DNA of 64,000 nucleotides, from positions 806,180 through 870,179 of the forward strand of contig JAQGDQ010000005.1 of NCBI GenBank assembly GCA_030141605.1, written 5' to 3'. The notes below the pieces were generated by a model. It was not told where the DNA came from and searched no databases. It saw only the letters and a list, made by a program, of their open reading frames with translations. A program made the translations under genes and the position numbers. Source of the DNA: Tubiluchus corallicola. Its lineage: Eukaryota; Animalia; Priapulida. Of the stretch, positions 35,601 through 49,299 are shown piece after piece (the first letter of the stretch is position 1; each line of letters starts with the position of its first letter).

Positions 35601-38600
35601 TCTAGAATTTTATCAGCATCACAAAAATTGATATACAAGAATACAGGTTGCATCTAGTAACACTTCCATACACTTCTAATTTTATTCACAACTACACATT
35701 AAATGGGATTAATAAATACAATGTTTTATGCATTGTTGCAGAATATAGATATGATGCCATAATGTGTGAAAAGAATACTGCATATTTGAACTTACTGTTA
35801 TAATCTGCACCAGTATAGTTAACCAGATTATCTTGCACAGAACAGGAACGTGATGCAGTGGCTGATGAAACTGAACCACTATCACCGGTCCATGGAATAT
35901 TAGCATCATCAATTTGCTGAATTCGTCCAGCCTGAATAATAAGCAGTGGAAATTAACAGAGATTTTTACCTATAGCACTGCAAACTGTGAGTATAATTAA
36001 AATGCATGTATTAAAATGCTTTTTGATATTAAGTGTTTTCTTTGACTGATTATTGTATATATTTCATTTGCAAATAAAATAACTGAATAAAGGTATCAGA
36101 AGTTAAACAGACTACTCCTAATTTTTATACTTTTTGTATTTTATTCTTTTTAAAACATTACATTAGACAAACAGAGAAACATACCTTAAATTCATTACAT
36201 ATTACACTCAAGTTTGCTAGCCAAGGTGGATCTGTTGTCAAATTACCATCACCGTGTGTAAAGTGAGGATCATAAAACTTCAGTTTTTCTGCAAACTAAA
36301 ATCAAATCGCGGACAATATATCAATAATTATATAAATATCTACAACAATGATTTTTACATTTATTTGTAACTAATGGCACAATAAAAAAATTGAGCCTAT
36401 ATGAAGCCTACTACTCCAGATTTTAATAACACTGTTCCTTGTTAAGTATATTTAACTAAATACTGTCAGTTCTTAAGTAGCATTGTATTTTTCCCCTAGC
36501 ATCTTTCTATAATAAATATCATGTTTTATAACAGGAAATGAAACAAAATGACAGAGACACAAAATTAGGGCATTAGCAAAAATTATACAAAACCACTGCT
36601 GTACTTTGCCCATTTTGAAAAAAATATAAGGTATGAGGAGGGGCAGCCTTTATGGGAAGTCTGATTTCTCGCATCTGGTTTCAAATGCACTTATGATTTT
36701 TGTAAATCGCGAGCCACAAAAAAGTTCACAAAGCAGTAACACACATTCACAATTACACATATTTTAAAAAAAATGCTTCTACATAATATAAAAGTGATTT
36801 GTAAAATGGGTAAGCACCCAACTAATACTAAGAATCAAAAACTTCAATTATTTTGTATTTCAACAAATTGAAAATGCTGACAAAAATGTTCTAATTGGTC
36901 AAAAAGGTGGCCAGATAAGTTCATGACCAATATATTAGCTTTTTACATAATGTCACTTTTTACGTACTGTGATATCATTAAAACTTAGCAGTGCCCCTAC
37001 TTCAATCATGTTTGCTAATAAATAAATAAATACGCACCTGGTTATAATGCTAATACTGTACTTATGAAAACATCTGTATTATTCCCACAGAATTATGAAC
37101 ACATTTTGAATGTCTTACTGCAGCATAGTTCTGAACACAATTCTATGTCAAAGCAAAACTGTTTCACTTATTTTTAGACGTAAATTTTAAGAAAATTTAG
37201 AACTAATACTTACGTCATAAACCTGACACACTAGATTTTCACTATATAAAGTTGGAGCAGGTATGAATGCTGTAGCAAGAATTTCACAGTAGTGCAATGC
37301 TTCTTGAGGAAAACCATATTCTGCTAATCTAAGTGCATATATGAACTTATATGCTTGAAATCCAGGTAAGACAAACTGCGGATTAGCTAGAGACATGGCA
37401 TACTCGTATATTTCTGTACATTGTATAGCTTCATTTGTAGCAAACTGTTCAAATGGTAATCTAAAAGTGGAAAAGCATAAACAGTCAACAAAAATAACAT
37501 CTAATTACAAAGAAAGTAAATCACATGCAAAACTAGTTACATTAAGATTAAAATGAGAAAATTCATTGCAATTAAAGTGAAAATAATATGGTTTACTAGC
37601 AGAATACAGGAAAATCTGTATGGGTGACTGCCTAGAATATTCATAGGCTGTTGTTTCAATGCCAGGTCTCATCTTAGAGATTTATCATTGATCCTTTATC
37701 CATGGTATTCATCCAGTCACAACTGTTCAACAGCAATTTAAGCTATGCTGTCAAATAATGTATTCTGGTACACTTGTTGTCAACACCTGTGTGGTACACC
37801 TGTATAAAAGCAGAAAGTCAAGACAAAACTTTTCAATGACAAGCAGATGACAAATTATGATATGTTTAGTTACTTACCCATGACTTGATCCAAGCAAAAC
37901 CATTTTTGAAGACTTCTTAGAATAAGTTCCAAATCCAACATCAGCCATAAGGTAACAGAACTGTGCTGCATGTAGACAGCCCTTTGTAGCTAAACACACA
38001 GAACCACATGCACTTAATGAGCTGTTCAACTTAAGAAGCCATCCAGCAAATAACAGAGTGTCAGACTAAATTTCTGGTTACTGTTCCCTTTCCTGGGAAT
38101 TTGAAGAAGCTCTTTAATATGCATTGCTAATCTGTGCACTTTAAACACTAAATTATAATTGCTTAGAGTGTGAACAATCTATTTGGCACAAGGAGCACTC
38201 AATTTATTAATAATGTGTAATATACAAAGAAGTGATGTAATCTGTCACTACACTCCTATGCAATAAAAGTAATAACTCACCTAACGTATCTGCAAGAGCT
38301 GTGATGGTACGTTGGTCCAAATCAGAGCAAGTAGGACCATTAGATAAAACCATGGCCAAATGTGGCTTCCAGTCTCCCCATTTGTCATCTGCTATCCGCT
38401 GTTAATAAAATTTAATCAGTCAGTAATTAATCAATGCTGATAAGTTATTAGATCTAGCTCCTTAGTGTGTGTCCTTGTCACGCTTATACTATGTAAGGAA
38501 CAGAAATTCACAAGTAGTCAGGAGTTGAACCAGAAACCCCCAGCTTTAGCTTATTGTTTTCTTTAACTATAAATTAGCTTTGATTTATTTAAATCAATAA

Positions 38601-41600
38601 ATACTGAAAATAATGCAAAACAAAATACCTACAATAAAGCTAAAATAAAACTATAAGTGACATACCCAACTTATCAAATATTGGTAAATTACTTACTGTT
38701 ACAGAAACAGGTTGCCTTCCAGACATGAGCTGATACAAAGTTTGTAAAGGATCATTCAATAACAAGGAATTGGCAAATCTAAAAGACAAAATTTGGTAGT
38801 CATTTTTGGGTTGACAAAATATTAAAGAAGTTAATGCCTTTTTAAATCAAAATTTGAGAAATTCAATACACAATAATTTTGTTTGCAGTTTAACAGATGT
38901 AACAGTTAAAACAAACAAACAAACAAACAAGATAAAACGATGAATGCCAACAACGTTAATTAATCAATAACACAACAATTTTTTTTACTTTTAGGTAACA
39001 ATTGTAATGATTACTATTAATGAATAAACGTCAGGATCGATACCTGGTCATGACATTAGCATATGTACGGGAATCCATCTTAGAAGCAAGAAAAAGAGCA
39101 TGACCCCAAGAATGATTTTTCATCATCCATTCAAGTGCATCCTGTAAATAAACATCGATCACCTAGGAAACACTGATCGGAAAAGCAGTTCAGCTTCACA
39201 CATTTTACCAAACTTTATTGTATTTACAATGTATTGCACAAGTTGCGGTTTATCACACAAAGAAAAAAAGTTGGAGAATATTATCAGCTAGGAAAACTAA
39301 ATGGCACTTTTTGACTTTTATGTTCCGTTAGCAATGTCACAGTCAGACAGAAAATGTAGATATTGGTATAGACTCATGCAGTACACGCAGTCTTGGCTAC
39401 AATTTTTTTTATGGGCACATATAATCAACTTTCTGAAGTTGGCTTAACAGTAATGTTGTTGGCTTAATGTAAATATAAACCCAACTATCATTACATCGAG
39501 TTCGACATAATCTTATGACCAAACATAAATCTTGTCAAATTAGTTATTACACATAATTATACTAACCTTTTTGTGCCCATAAAGTAAAAGTTCCCTGAAC
39601 CTGTCAACTATTTCTTCTTCAGTCAGTTTTGCACTCTGATTTATCGTATTTTTGTTTTCCATTACGACATTGGGTTCATTTACTTCTAAAGACGTGGGAT
39701 CAGCACTGTTGACTACTTCACTTGCAACCCTACTGCTGACAGCATCTTTCAACAGCAAATCTGCTATATCAGTTCCAACAACAGTCTAAAATGCAGCAAA
39801 AAGTAGCAGATACTACAAAACAATACAAAGAAATGCAACAGTTTGCAAATCTCATTAGGAAGAATCAGCCTGCCTTGTTTGCTTTATTCAACAACACAAA
39901 TTTATGGATAATTAATGCATATAAAATTCACAATAAGTTACAGTAAAGATATCAGTTATATATGATGAACCACAACTCCTCCTTGAATTAAAAGAGCTGA
40001 TGCCAGCAAAACATTATGACAAGTTACTGACAGATTTCTTATAGCATACTGGTAAAATGGTGTATTTTTAGGGTTTAACACCCCATTTTTCTGACAATAT
40101 ACTAAGTAGGCATTTGGTTCAGAAAGGAATTATCACCAGACTACGTTAATTTCATGCACTAAAACAAAAAATCCTGATTATGCCACGAAAAATAATGAAC
40201 TTAGCAGAATCATAGTATTCACAATGTGTGAAATTTTAAATTAAGAGAACCACTGCTGCGCGACAACACAAGCAGTTACAAAAAATGCCTGTTTGTATTA
40301 CTACATTACAGATAATTGACAGGTTACTATAAACTGTGGCTACAGCACGAACGAGCAAAAAATCCTGTCAGTTATACACAATTCCATGTGAACCATGTGT
40401 CAATAAAAAATATGATGCGGGCAGTGCCAATAACAAATTAACTAACTTTATGTGCTTTAACTAAAATATATAGGGTAAGTATAAATAGTTAGCATACTCC
40501 GTTTTGTCTGATGAGCAGAATGTTGAGCTCCCATAGCAAAGCTGCAGACTCTCTATCTACAACAGCCATATTCTCCTTGCATTGCCGAATCTTATTCTGG
40601 CAAAACATTATCACATCCTTTTTATGCGTCTCGCCTCTATAGAAAACAACAACTTTTTAGTTTGTAACATTAACTGAACAGAAAATGTAACAGAACCATC
40701 TGTCAGTCATTTTTATAAGGTTTATAAGGTTTTTTTAAGGTTTACACAGGGTGCATACCAAGGAGACATGGCACAAGACAAATTAGGCACATAGCAGATT
40801 TGTTCGCATCAAATAAAATGGATAGCTCAAATAAATTGTCACTAGTTTATTGCACATTTTATCCCATTAGACCACTATAGAGAGTAATGATTCAAATTTC
40901 ATTAAAACTGAAAAATCTACAACACTAGCTACACAAATATTCATTTTACCTTTATGCTGTCCCATAAAGCATATACCCACCCCATTTACCTCACTGATTC
41001 AGCATTCTTCAAATAAAACTGATTAGTATTGATACTGCGACATTTAAAGGTGTCCCCAAGTTACTAGAATCTACCTTCGGGATACTACAGGACATCTCAA
41101 TTGAGTAAATGATGTGTCAGCGTAGAATGCATGTTCTTTTTTGCATGGAAAATAGACCATACATAGGGTGGAATGTAAAAAATGTTGACAGCCAACTAAC
41201 AGAGAATGCTTTTTCCAAGATAAGAGTAAATATTGGTCAACTACTCAAGATCATTTACCTGAAAAATGTTTTATCTTTCCAAAATTAATGTACATTTCAG
41301 TGACGTTTAGTTGCATACAGATTAACATCGTGAATTATCATTGCTCTCAATGGTAGGATTATGCATCAGAAGTTAGAGCCTTGCCCTCATATAAGCTATG
41401 TTACAGAAGCTCACAGTGCTTCCCATTGATTGAACCTAGCCAATATTTTGAGAGAATCATCTAAACTGTGACTTTTCAAAGTCCACTGTTAGAAAATTGT
41501 CGATTTATACCTACTGCTAATTTTATGATGAATGTGTGTTGCTAAAATTTGCATACTATGCTGTATACAAAAAGTGTAAACATACTTCAGTAGCGGTCCT

Positions 41601-44600
41601 GGAAAAGACTTCAATTCTAAAGTGGCAGGACAGTCATGTAGATACACTTGCACATTATGCACTTCTACTCTTGCAGGTTCATTTTCTAGTGGATTATTTG
41701 GCAAAACTTTGACCAGTTGTCCATTTGGAGTAAAACCCATTTTCATATGAGGAACTCTATGCTTGTGAGGGGTTAGGCGACCTTTCTGAAGCACTAAAAA
41801 CAAAGAAGTTAATCTTTCCTTTCTGGCTCACCAACAAACAACAATTCATAAGAATTTAGTTTTAAAACTGGAGACAATTTCGTAACAACGTGCTGGGGCT
41901 CTGAAACATGCTGAAAATACTGTTTGATACAAAAACTACAAAAGTGTATAATAATGTTCATTACTAGTCATTTTATACAGGTCACAGGTATTAAACTATC
42001 ATGTAATCTATAGAAACTTTCAAACGAAATACATCCAGTCACCAGATGTTGTACTATAAATGTCTAACTATGACTATAAAGCAAGAGCAAACTGTAAAAC
42101 CAAAGTGCTAATGCGAATGGATATCTCAAACAGTCTTACCTTCGGCAGCACCAAATGGCTCTTCTTGTCTGGATCCACTACAAAAAGAAAGATATTAAAC
42201 AAATAAATTATCAAAAAAACACACTTCAAGCAAAAAAATTTTTAGAGACTCGTTTTCCATTAATGTGTAAGTATCCTTATTGCAAGTGTCAGCTCTTTAT
42301 AGAATTTTTTTTATTTTACAACTTTTCTACATATAAAGCGTTGCAACAATTTTGAAGCGTGCATTATTTTTAATATTAGCTTTCCGCAACTGTTAGTTGG
42401 TTAAGCACGTGAACAAGGTGTGATGTTATTATATTACTTATATATTGCTCAGTACTGGATAAAAATTGAAGCAATTTTTGGAAATCCACACTAATTTAGG
42501 TAGCACAAAACGGCATGATTAGGACATAAGTTAGGTATTTAGAAAGGTCTTATGTAGGTTAAGGCGAACTGTCGTTAGCTGCAATTGAACACATTCAGAA
42601 AGCAATCAATTTCGTACCTTCTGTCTCTGGAATCGTACGAATGTTGCGAGGAACGATCGTCACTATCTTGATGCATATAATAATATCCAGAGTAATCAGC
42701 ACCAAACTGATTCTGTTGCTGATAGTACTGCATCTCAGCTAGGTAACCAAAATCTTGCCGGTCTTGATGTATCATTCCATGAGCAGCAGCTTGCCTATAA
42801 TAATCTGCATATCTAGGATCATACTCGTATCCTGAAAAGACATAGTGAATTATATAAACAAGCTCAAAATGTAAGCAAAGTATAAGAATATTCTTGACTT
42901 CCATGCTGTTTTCATTTTGGAAAATAACAGATCCAAAAGATCAGCATGATTACAATTGAAACTGCACAAACTGTTTATTAAATTATATTATTTGCCATAA
43001 ACAAGATTCAAAGCACGGAAAAACAAAATAACTGTTTAATTTGGTTTAGCTCATAACGAAGTCCCGCAACTTTTACACACACATATATATAGATTTAAGA
43101 GTTATTCTGTGCATGCAGTATTTTTTCATATGCATTATATTTTTTACTTCATAAATCCCTTCCAAAAGGGTTTTAAAGCTTTGTTAAAAGAATATACAGT
43201 GGGAAACATCATTTAGCATAGCAGCAAGACATGCGAACTTCCATTCTTTTTGTAAAAATTATATTAACAATGCCTTTCAGACTTTCAGACTGAGCCTAGT
43301 GTTACACATGTTAACAACTACAGTAGGCACCACTTAATAGACTCACGGTTAATAGACTCAATTGCTTGATCGACTCAAAAATGCCTGGTACAGGTCGCTT
43401 CTATTCAAATGCACATCAAAACTGTCAGTAATTGACTGAAATAACTCGCATAATTGACTCAATATTTCTCTTTCACATGCTTCAATAAGACACTTTTATG
43501 TGACTAATATGCTTTTATGACTTTTATATCATCTTAGTTCACTTTTTTCCTGTAATATACATAAAAACAATCATGTTAAGTACCGTTTTATTTGTAAGCA
43601 GGAACGTTTATCACATGCTAATTATGATAGCCTAATGGTTTGTTTTGACCCGCGTGTCCACTGAAATTAACCTCGTTACCCAATATTCCTGGAAGCTAAA
43701 CACTCAATCACTTGCTTAGCAGTCTGCTTTTGCCACAAAGTTTAATCAGTTAGATGTTGCTATTATGCCAGCTTCTTCATGAAAAAATGAAGACAGCCAA
43801 CTTTGAGAGGATTTTTTTGTAATTTTTGATTTTTAACTGCACAAAGGAATTTAGGCATTACTTAGTTTCTAAAATTCATTAAAACCTTTGCAGTGCATAC
43901 TAAATTGTTGACTCATACTTCTACACTAGTAATACACTCATCGGTTAATTGGGCCAAAACACTTCGGTCCCAAAGTGAGTCTATTAAGTGGCGCCTACTG
44001 TAATAATAATCGTAACTAAGAGGTCTCTATATTCCCTCCATTTGTAAGTCATGATAGGAGCCTCAGAGCTGATACTGTGGAAGTCTTATCTGTGAAAAAC
44101 CCCATTAATGAATATGACAATGAGATCTTTTCACGCTAGCACTTACCATAGTAAGCTGCACATTGCCTATAATATTCCTCGTACGGATCATAGCCAGCAT
44201 TTCTGTGTGAGCCATATTCTGATCGGCCAGATCTGGATTTCGGTCTTTCCTCATCTTGGCATCGCGATGAAGGTCTATGACTTTCATAGTAGGATGCTCG
44301 ACTAGATGGCCTCGATCGGTCGTTGGCATACTCAGGATACATTTCGCTTAGATTGCCACCTCGACTAGACTGATTACGTGCATCCCTTTCGTAAGTTCTG
44401 TAATCTGACTTGTGTACTCGCCTATCGGACACCAAATCTTTCTCACTATATGATCTACTAAAATGTCTGTTATCATGCTTGGAGTCAGAATCATAATATC
44501 GTCTTTTATCATACCTATAATCATCTCTTTTATAAGATTTTCGTTCATTACGATCGCGATCACTACCACGATAATCATCATACCGACGACTCCTTTGATC

Positions 44601-46658
44601 TTTGCTATAATTATCACCATCGTGTTTATAATCTTGATGTTTATCCTGCTCGTATCTCCTTCTGTCATTATATCTACCATCACGTCTGTACTCACGGCGT
44701 GAATCGTCTCGCGAATCTTTAGCACGCTCTGTTTTTCCCACAAAACTTTGATTAGTTTTTTTATCAGTCAGATCCTGATGCCTCTGCAATAGTTCATCTT
44801 TAGTCTTTGAAGAATTCTCATAATCAGGTTCATCTCTAGAGCTTTTACTAAGCAAATCACTCTGTGGTGCAATCAGAGCAGCCTTCTTTTGGTAGGGTTC
44901 AAAAGCTGCATTCTGCGCATGTAAAGGTATGCTAACTTTTGGCACTGTGGCTTCTGTGGGAGGTGCATTTTTCTCTTCGCCTTCAATACTGTTTTGTATA
45001 GGTGCAGAATGCACAGTTGAAGTAGCAGCACTTACGTTATTTGTAACAGATGTACTTTCAGGAAAATTAGAGGCTGAAACTTCACTTTTCTTATCGCTGC
45101 CTATTGCTACAAGGCCAAGAACAGGTGTGTCAAAGAACTGTTGTCCTGTTAGAATGTTACCACTAGCAGCACTCAGCATGATAGGTGCTTGTTGTACTTC
45201 CTGATTGGGACATAATAAACTGGCTGGTTTCATAGCATCAGGGAAAGACTCTCTTATTTTGTGCTCGTAATAAGAAGGATGAGTAGTGTAAGTAGCACTA
45301 CTAACATGTTGAGATATAGTTTCAGCATTCTCAGCAGAGTGTACCGTTTGTGCAGTCATGATATTTTCTACTAGTTTAACACTTGAATCACCTAATGGAG
45401 GCTTTACACTTTCACTTGGGACACTGACAGGTGGCAAAGGCGGCATACTCGACACTACTGAACTGACTGTGGTATTTTCTATTCCTCGTGGTGCAATACA
45501 TTTAAGCAAATCACTACCACTTTTTTGAATTGGCATGTTTTGCCAATTGTCTGTATTTAGTTCATCATTAACATCAACACTGTCCACCCCAGTTGCGTTA
45601 TCAGAAACTGCACTTTGTTCTAAATTATATGATGAAATACTATCAAGAAAGGTACCTCTTACGTTTGTTTGCACTTTGTCTCCTACTGTACAAACTGGTA
45701 TTTCATCTGATTTTTCCTGATCAATATTTGATTTCTCGTGTGATTGCAATGACTGAGAATCTATTTCACTTTCCAGAAATCCTGTTTCCCTATCTTTATC
45801 ATGTTTTTCAGGTAGTGCACTGTCAGAAGCAAAAGTTTGAGGCAATGTATGCACACTGCTAGAGAGAGGCAGTTGTAATTGGTCTAATCCTTCCGAAGAG
45901 TAATTCACAGTATTCAAACTTGAATTACTCATATAATAATCATCATTATATTCCTTATCTTTCTGTGACAACTCAAACCTATCAACACCTGTCTCACTAC
46001 CAAAAAATGTAGAAACTGTACTATGTGCCGATTCAACATTGCTATATTCATCAGATATACTGTGCAATTTTTCATCTACATTTCCATCAGCATTAGGTGT
46101 CACTTCTGACGCAATGACAGCATTCGACGTATCACCACTATTAGGTATTGGCGCTTCACCTTTGGCAAATGTATCAGCATATCCAGTAGCAAGTAACTCA
46201 TGTGGGACAGAAACTACCGGCTGGTTATTAGGAACTAAATGGCCAGAATGTGCTGAATCATTAAAACCTCCTGAATGAGGTGGCGGCATATAAGGCAGAT
46301 ACGCATTTTCATATGGAACTGGAACAGTAGGATGTGGCCAGCCTTGTCGGTAATCACTATAATTAGATGGTGCTACACTGTGATCATATCCCGATTGGTA
46401 AAGTGTTGCAGAGCTGGTATGTGGCATATATGGCTGCCCATAAAACTGTCCACTATTAGGAACATGTTGGACAGAATTCTTGTGTTGTGCATCCTCTTGC
46501 AAAAACTGTTTCTCTTGATTAATATTGTCGGTGATTCTACTTTCATGTGGAAGCTGGGATGCATGATTAAACTCCCACGGTTGCTGTCCATCAGGCGCTA
46601 AATTCTGGAAGCTTTGTAGCTCTTGAGATATCGTAAAGTTATCAGAATGTTGAGACAT
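26638..46658 (-). CDS. sec16: Protein transport protein Sec16 (ER exit site scaffold), spliced, about 1883 aa
   Basis: Central conserved domain ([92 protein letters not shown]) and C-terminal motifs ([13 protein letters not shown]...[11 protein letters not shown]). Phase-consistent exons: 44147-46658 (acceptor at 46688), 42618-42831, 42140-42177, 41586-41793, 40498-40636, 39567-39785, 39044-39141, 38697-38778, 38281-38398, 37878-37989, 37214-37460, 36185-36295, 35796-35931, 35426-35491, 35043-35173, 34422-34544, 34218-34322 (less certain), 32981-33061, 32607-32706, 31756-31989, 30496-30618, 29411-29742, 26638-26760. The start codon is provisional because the upstream exon is not located. Confidence 0.93.
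26873..26962. repeat. Local tandem duplication of a 41-bp unit
   Basis: ttcaagcg(t/a)cactttttaacataaaacaattactaacctat at 26873-26913 and 26922-26962. Confidence 0.9.
28877..28932 (-). mobile_element. Possible 5S rRNA-derived SINE segment (degenerate)
   Basis: Minus strand gatcaaagttatgc...gccttattggtgaatggatggatgaccacct resembles the 5S internal promoter, box A to box C (GAAGCTAAGC...GCCTGGTTAGTACTTGGATGGGAGACCGCCT). Confidence 0.4.
34660..34925. repeat. Degenerate pentanucleotide (CAGTA)n satellite tract
   Basis: Repeated cagta/cagtg/caata units; a related (TACAT)n tract lies at about 32760-32860. Confidence 0.85.
43321..44000. mobile_element. Tc1/mariner-pogo-type MITE (680 bp)
   Basis: TIR CAGTAGGCACCACTTAATAGACTCAC / GTGAGTCTATTAAGTGGCGCCTACTG (1 mismatch), flanked by TA on both sides. 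Confidence 0.9.
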
Positions 46659-46934
46659 AGTGAAACTATCGACAATCAATATCACATTCTGAAAAAAAGT
46701 AAAAAAGAGATCAAATACAGGAAACCATTCAAAAAATGTAAAAGTATATAAGTTATAAAAATTGAAATAAGAATTTTACAAAAAAAATTCTTCTGCACAG
46801 GACTCAAAGTACAAAAAATGTTCCACAAACATAAAAAGAAATCAAACAAAAACTCTAAGCATGCAATACCATATCAAAAGCAATGCTTCGAAAACATTGT
46901 AGCAATTGCATTAACTTCTGTCTTATGGTGTGCA

Positions 46935-47220
46935 GTAAGTTTGGTACATGTAAATTTGCTCCTGGCAATTTTGGTACTGGGAAAATTGATCACGAGGAAT
47001 TTTTGGTAAATGGAGATTTTAGCACTGGGAAAATTTGGAACAGGGAAAATGTGGAAAAAGTACTGACACAGCTCTGTCAACTATTTTTAGTACAAGTAAA
47101 CCTGGCATAAGGTAAAAATAGAATAAGGTAAAAATGGTACAGCACATTTGGTGCTAGGAAAGTTTAGTACTGTAACAAATTGGTCCTGGGAAAATTTGAT
47201 ACAAGAAAGTTTGGTACAAA
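46935..47220. repeat. Imperfect short tandem array (tttggtac.ggaaaa-like units), probably an internal repeat of a transposon
   Basis: Recurring tttggtacatg / ttttggtactgggaaaa / tttagcactgggaaaa / tttggaacagggaaaa / ttggtgctaggaaa units. Confidence 0.7.
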
Positions 47221-48103
47221 GAAGTCTGATGCTAATGGTGTTCATGTTCGAGGTTATATATAGTCCTGACTTCCGAATCTTAATCACAAACTTTCTTGAA
47301 ATCTCGACCCCGTCCCGGCACCAAACTTTAATAGTTCGAAAAACAACGTTCAGGTTCGGTTTTTCATTTTTCTTCTGATGCCTAAAAATGAGTAATATAC
47401 TCAAAAAAAAGATTTTTGAAGCAGAAGAAGAAAATGAGCCAGAAAATGAGCCATCTACAAAGTTATTCAATACTTAAATCCTGTGATAACATATTTTTAT
47501 GGAAGCTTTGTTAACCATAGCTGCAATGCCTGATTATTACTGCTTTTTTAATGTCTTTTAACTAATTTAAAGTAAGTACATGTGGCTCTTCGTGGCACAT
47601 ACAGAGAGAGCACCTGTGGGATGTATTTGCCAATAATGTTGGAACAATTTAGAAAAAAATATCTGGCTATTTTTGCCTCACAGTACTGCTGCTAGTATCT
47701 CTCCTATTTAGCTCTCTCTCGTGACCGTGACGAAGTAAAGTTGCTATCAGAGCTGGTCATATTTTGAAGTCAATTTTAACAACTTTATACCGTGTTATGT
47801 TCTATAAATTTTATATCTACGTGTATATGAATAGTACGCGGTTTCAATGATGTAATTTAAATTTTGTGATAATTGATCTTATTAAAGTTATCAACGAAAT
47901 AAACATTGTTATAAGAACTATATTGTGTGGATTTGGCGCGAAAACCAAACGCCGAGAATTAGTGGAGGACCTACACAAAAGGCCCTAATCGGGTCGTTAA
48001 CAATCAATTGTAATTAAGGAAAATCATTTCCTTGTGACAAAGACGTTCCCCTTGACATCCTCGGGCATTATAAGGCCCCTATTATTCCTGATTACGCTAT
48101 ACC

Positions 48104-49299
48104 TTGTTCAAAATGAGTTCTTCTGGGGTACTAGCCAGGAAAAGCTGTACTATTTGTAGACGCAGTAAGGAAATAACAAAAAGAGAAATATACTGCGAGG
48201 TGTGCGTTAGTTGTTTTCACAAGTTCTCAAATGATAACGAATCAGACTCTGAGACTGAAACGATTGGGACGCAGTCGGAGCCAAAACCCCAAGCGTCGAA
48301 TGATGCTAGCAAAGCAGGCTTCCTTGATCTACTAAAAACTGAAATAATTCATTTCATTCAGGAAGAGAACGATAGCAACAAGCTGACCGAAATATTAAAC
48401 CGGCTGAAAAAAATATCAGGTGATCCTGTCATGGATAAACTAAATCAGATAGAACAATCAATAAAAAAGCTGTCGGGAACAGAACACAGACCTGCCGGCC
48501 TTACTTCCTATAGCAATGCTGTGAAAAAAGACATGCAAACGTCTGCTACTTCTCGAAATCGTCAGTTACCAAATACACAAAATCCCATTGTGCAATATGA
48601 TCCAGCTAGAACAGTTATAATAGAAAATGTTAAAGACAAAAAACTCGTAGAGACCAGCGCCTCAATTAAACATTAATATTAATATTAATGTGTAAGTATT
48701 TTCCACGTGTAAGATTTGAAATAGCCTACAGAACTGCTCGGGGAAACGTACAAATTCAGTTAAAAGATTCTGAAACTGCAGATGAAATAATAAGCTCATG
48801 GGACCCAACTTACATGGGTACCGACACGAAAGTCAGAAAACCAAATAAGTACTCTATTGGAGTGATCAAAGACTGTGACCCGGAATTGACTGAAGACGAA
48901 ATAAAGGCGGAAATTGAGCAGAAGTTCCCAGTAATCGAAGTAGAGCGATTTAAACGGAAGAACGGAGCCAATATGCCAATAGTTAAGGTGAAATTTAGTT
49001 CAGACGTTGAACTACAACGTGCAATACAGGAGGGAATTCCTATAAAACATCTTCTGTGCGAAGTAGAACAATATATCCGAAAACAAACACCTTTACGCTG
49101 TTACAAGTGTCAGTCTTTTGGTCACGTTGCTAAGTGGTGCAGAAATAAAGCCAACTGTGGTAAATGCGGAAATCTGTATAAAACATCTGAATGCAATAGC
49201 AAAGAGATAAAGTGCTACAATTGCAAAAGTGAGCATGAAGCCAATTCCAAGAATTGCTCTACATACTTAGATCAGTTAAAAAGACTTAACCGTCTCTAA
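48104..49299 (+). pseudogene. LINE ORF1, gag-like nucleic-acid-binding protein, split into 48104-48676 and 48688-49299
   Basis: N-terminal Cys cluster (CTIC...CEVCVSCFH), a coiled-coil-like segment, and three C-terminal knuckles CYKCQSFGHVAKWC, CGKCGNLYKTSEC and CYNCKSEHEANSKNC. The frame breaks at (ATTAAT)3, 48672-48689. Confidence 0.85.

Noticed and set aside
44105-46601. Many overlapping alternate-frame and antisense ORFs
   Set aside because: They are shadows of the low-complexity Sec16 exon and carry no independent motifs.
46935-47220. Short repeated units suggesting a CRISPR-like array
   Set aside because: The units are degenerate with no unique spacers of constant length, there are no cas genes, and the context is eukaryotic.
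47087-47470. 127-aa minus-strand ORF as a Sec16 upstream exon
   Set aside because: It runs through a tandem-repeat/transposon-like tract and has no convincing splice context.
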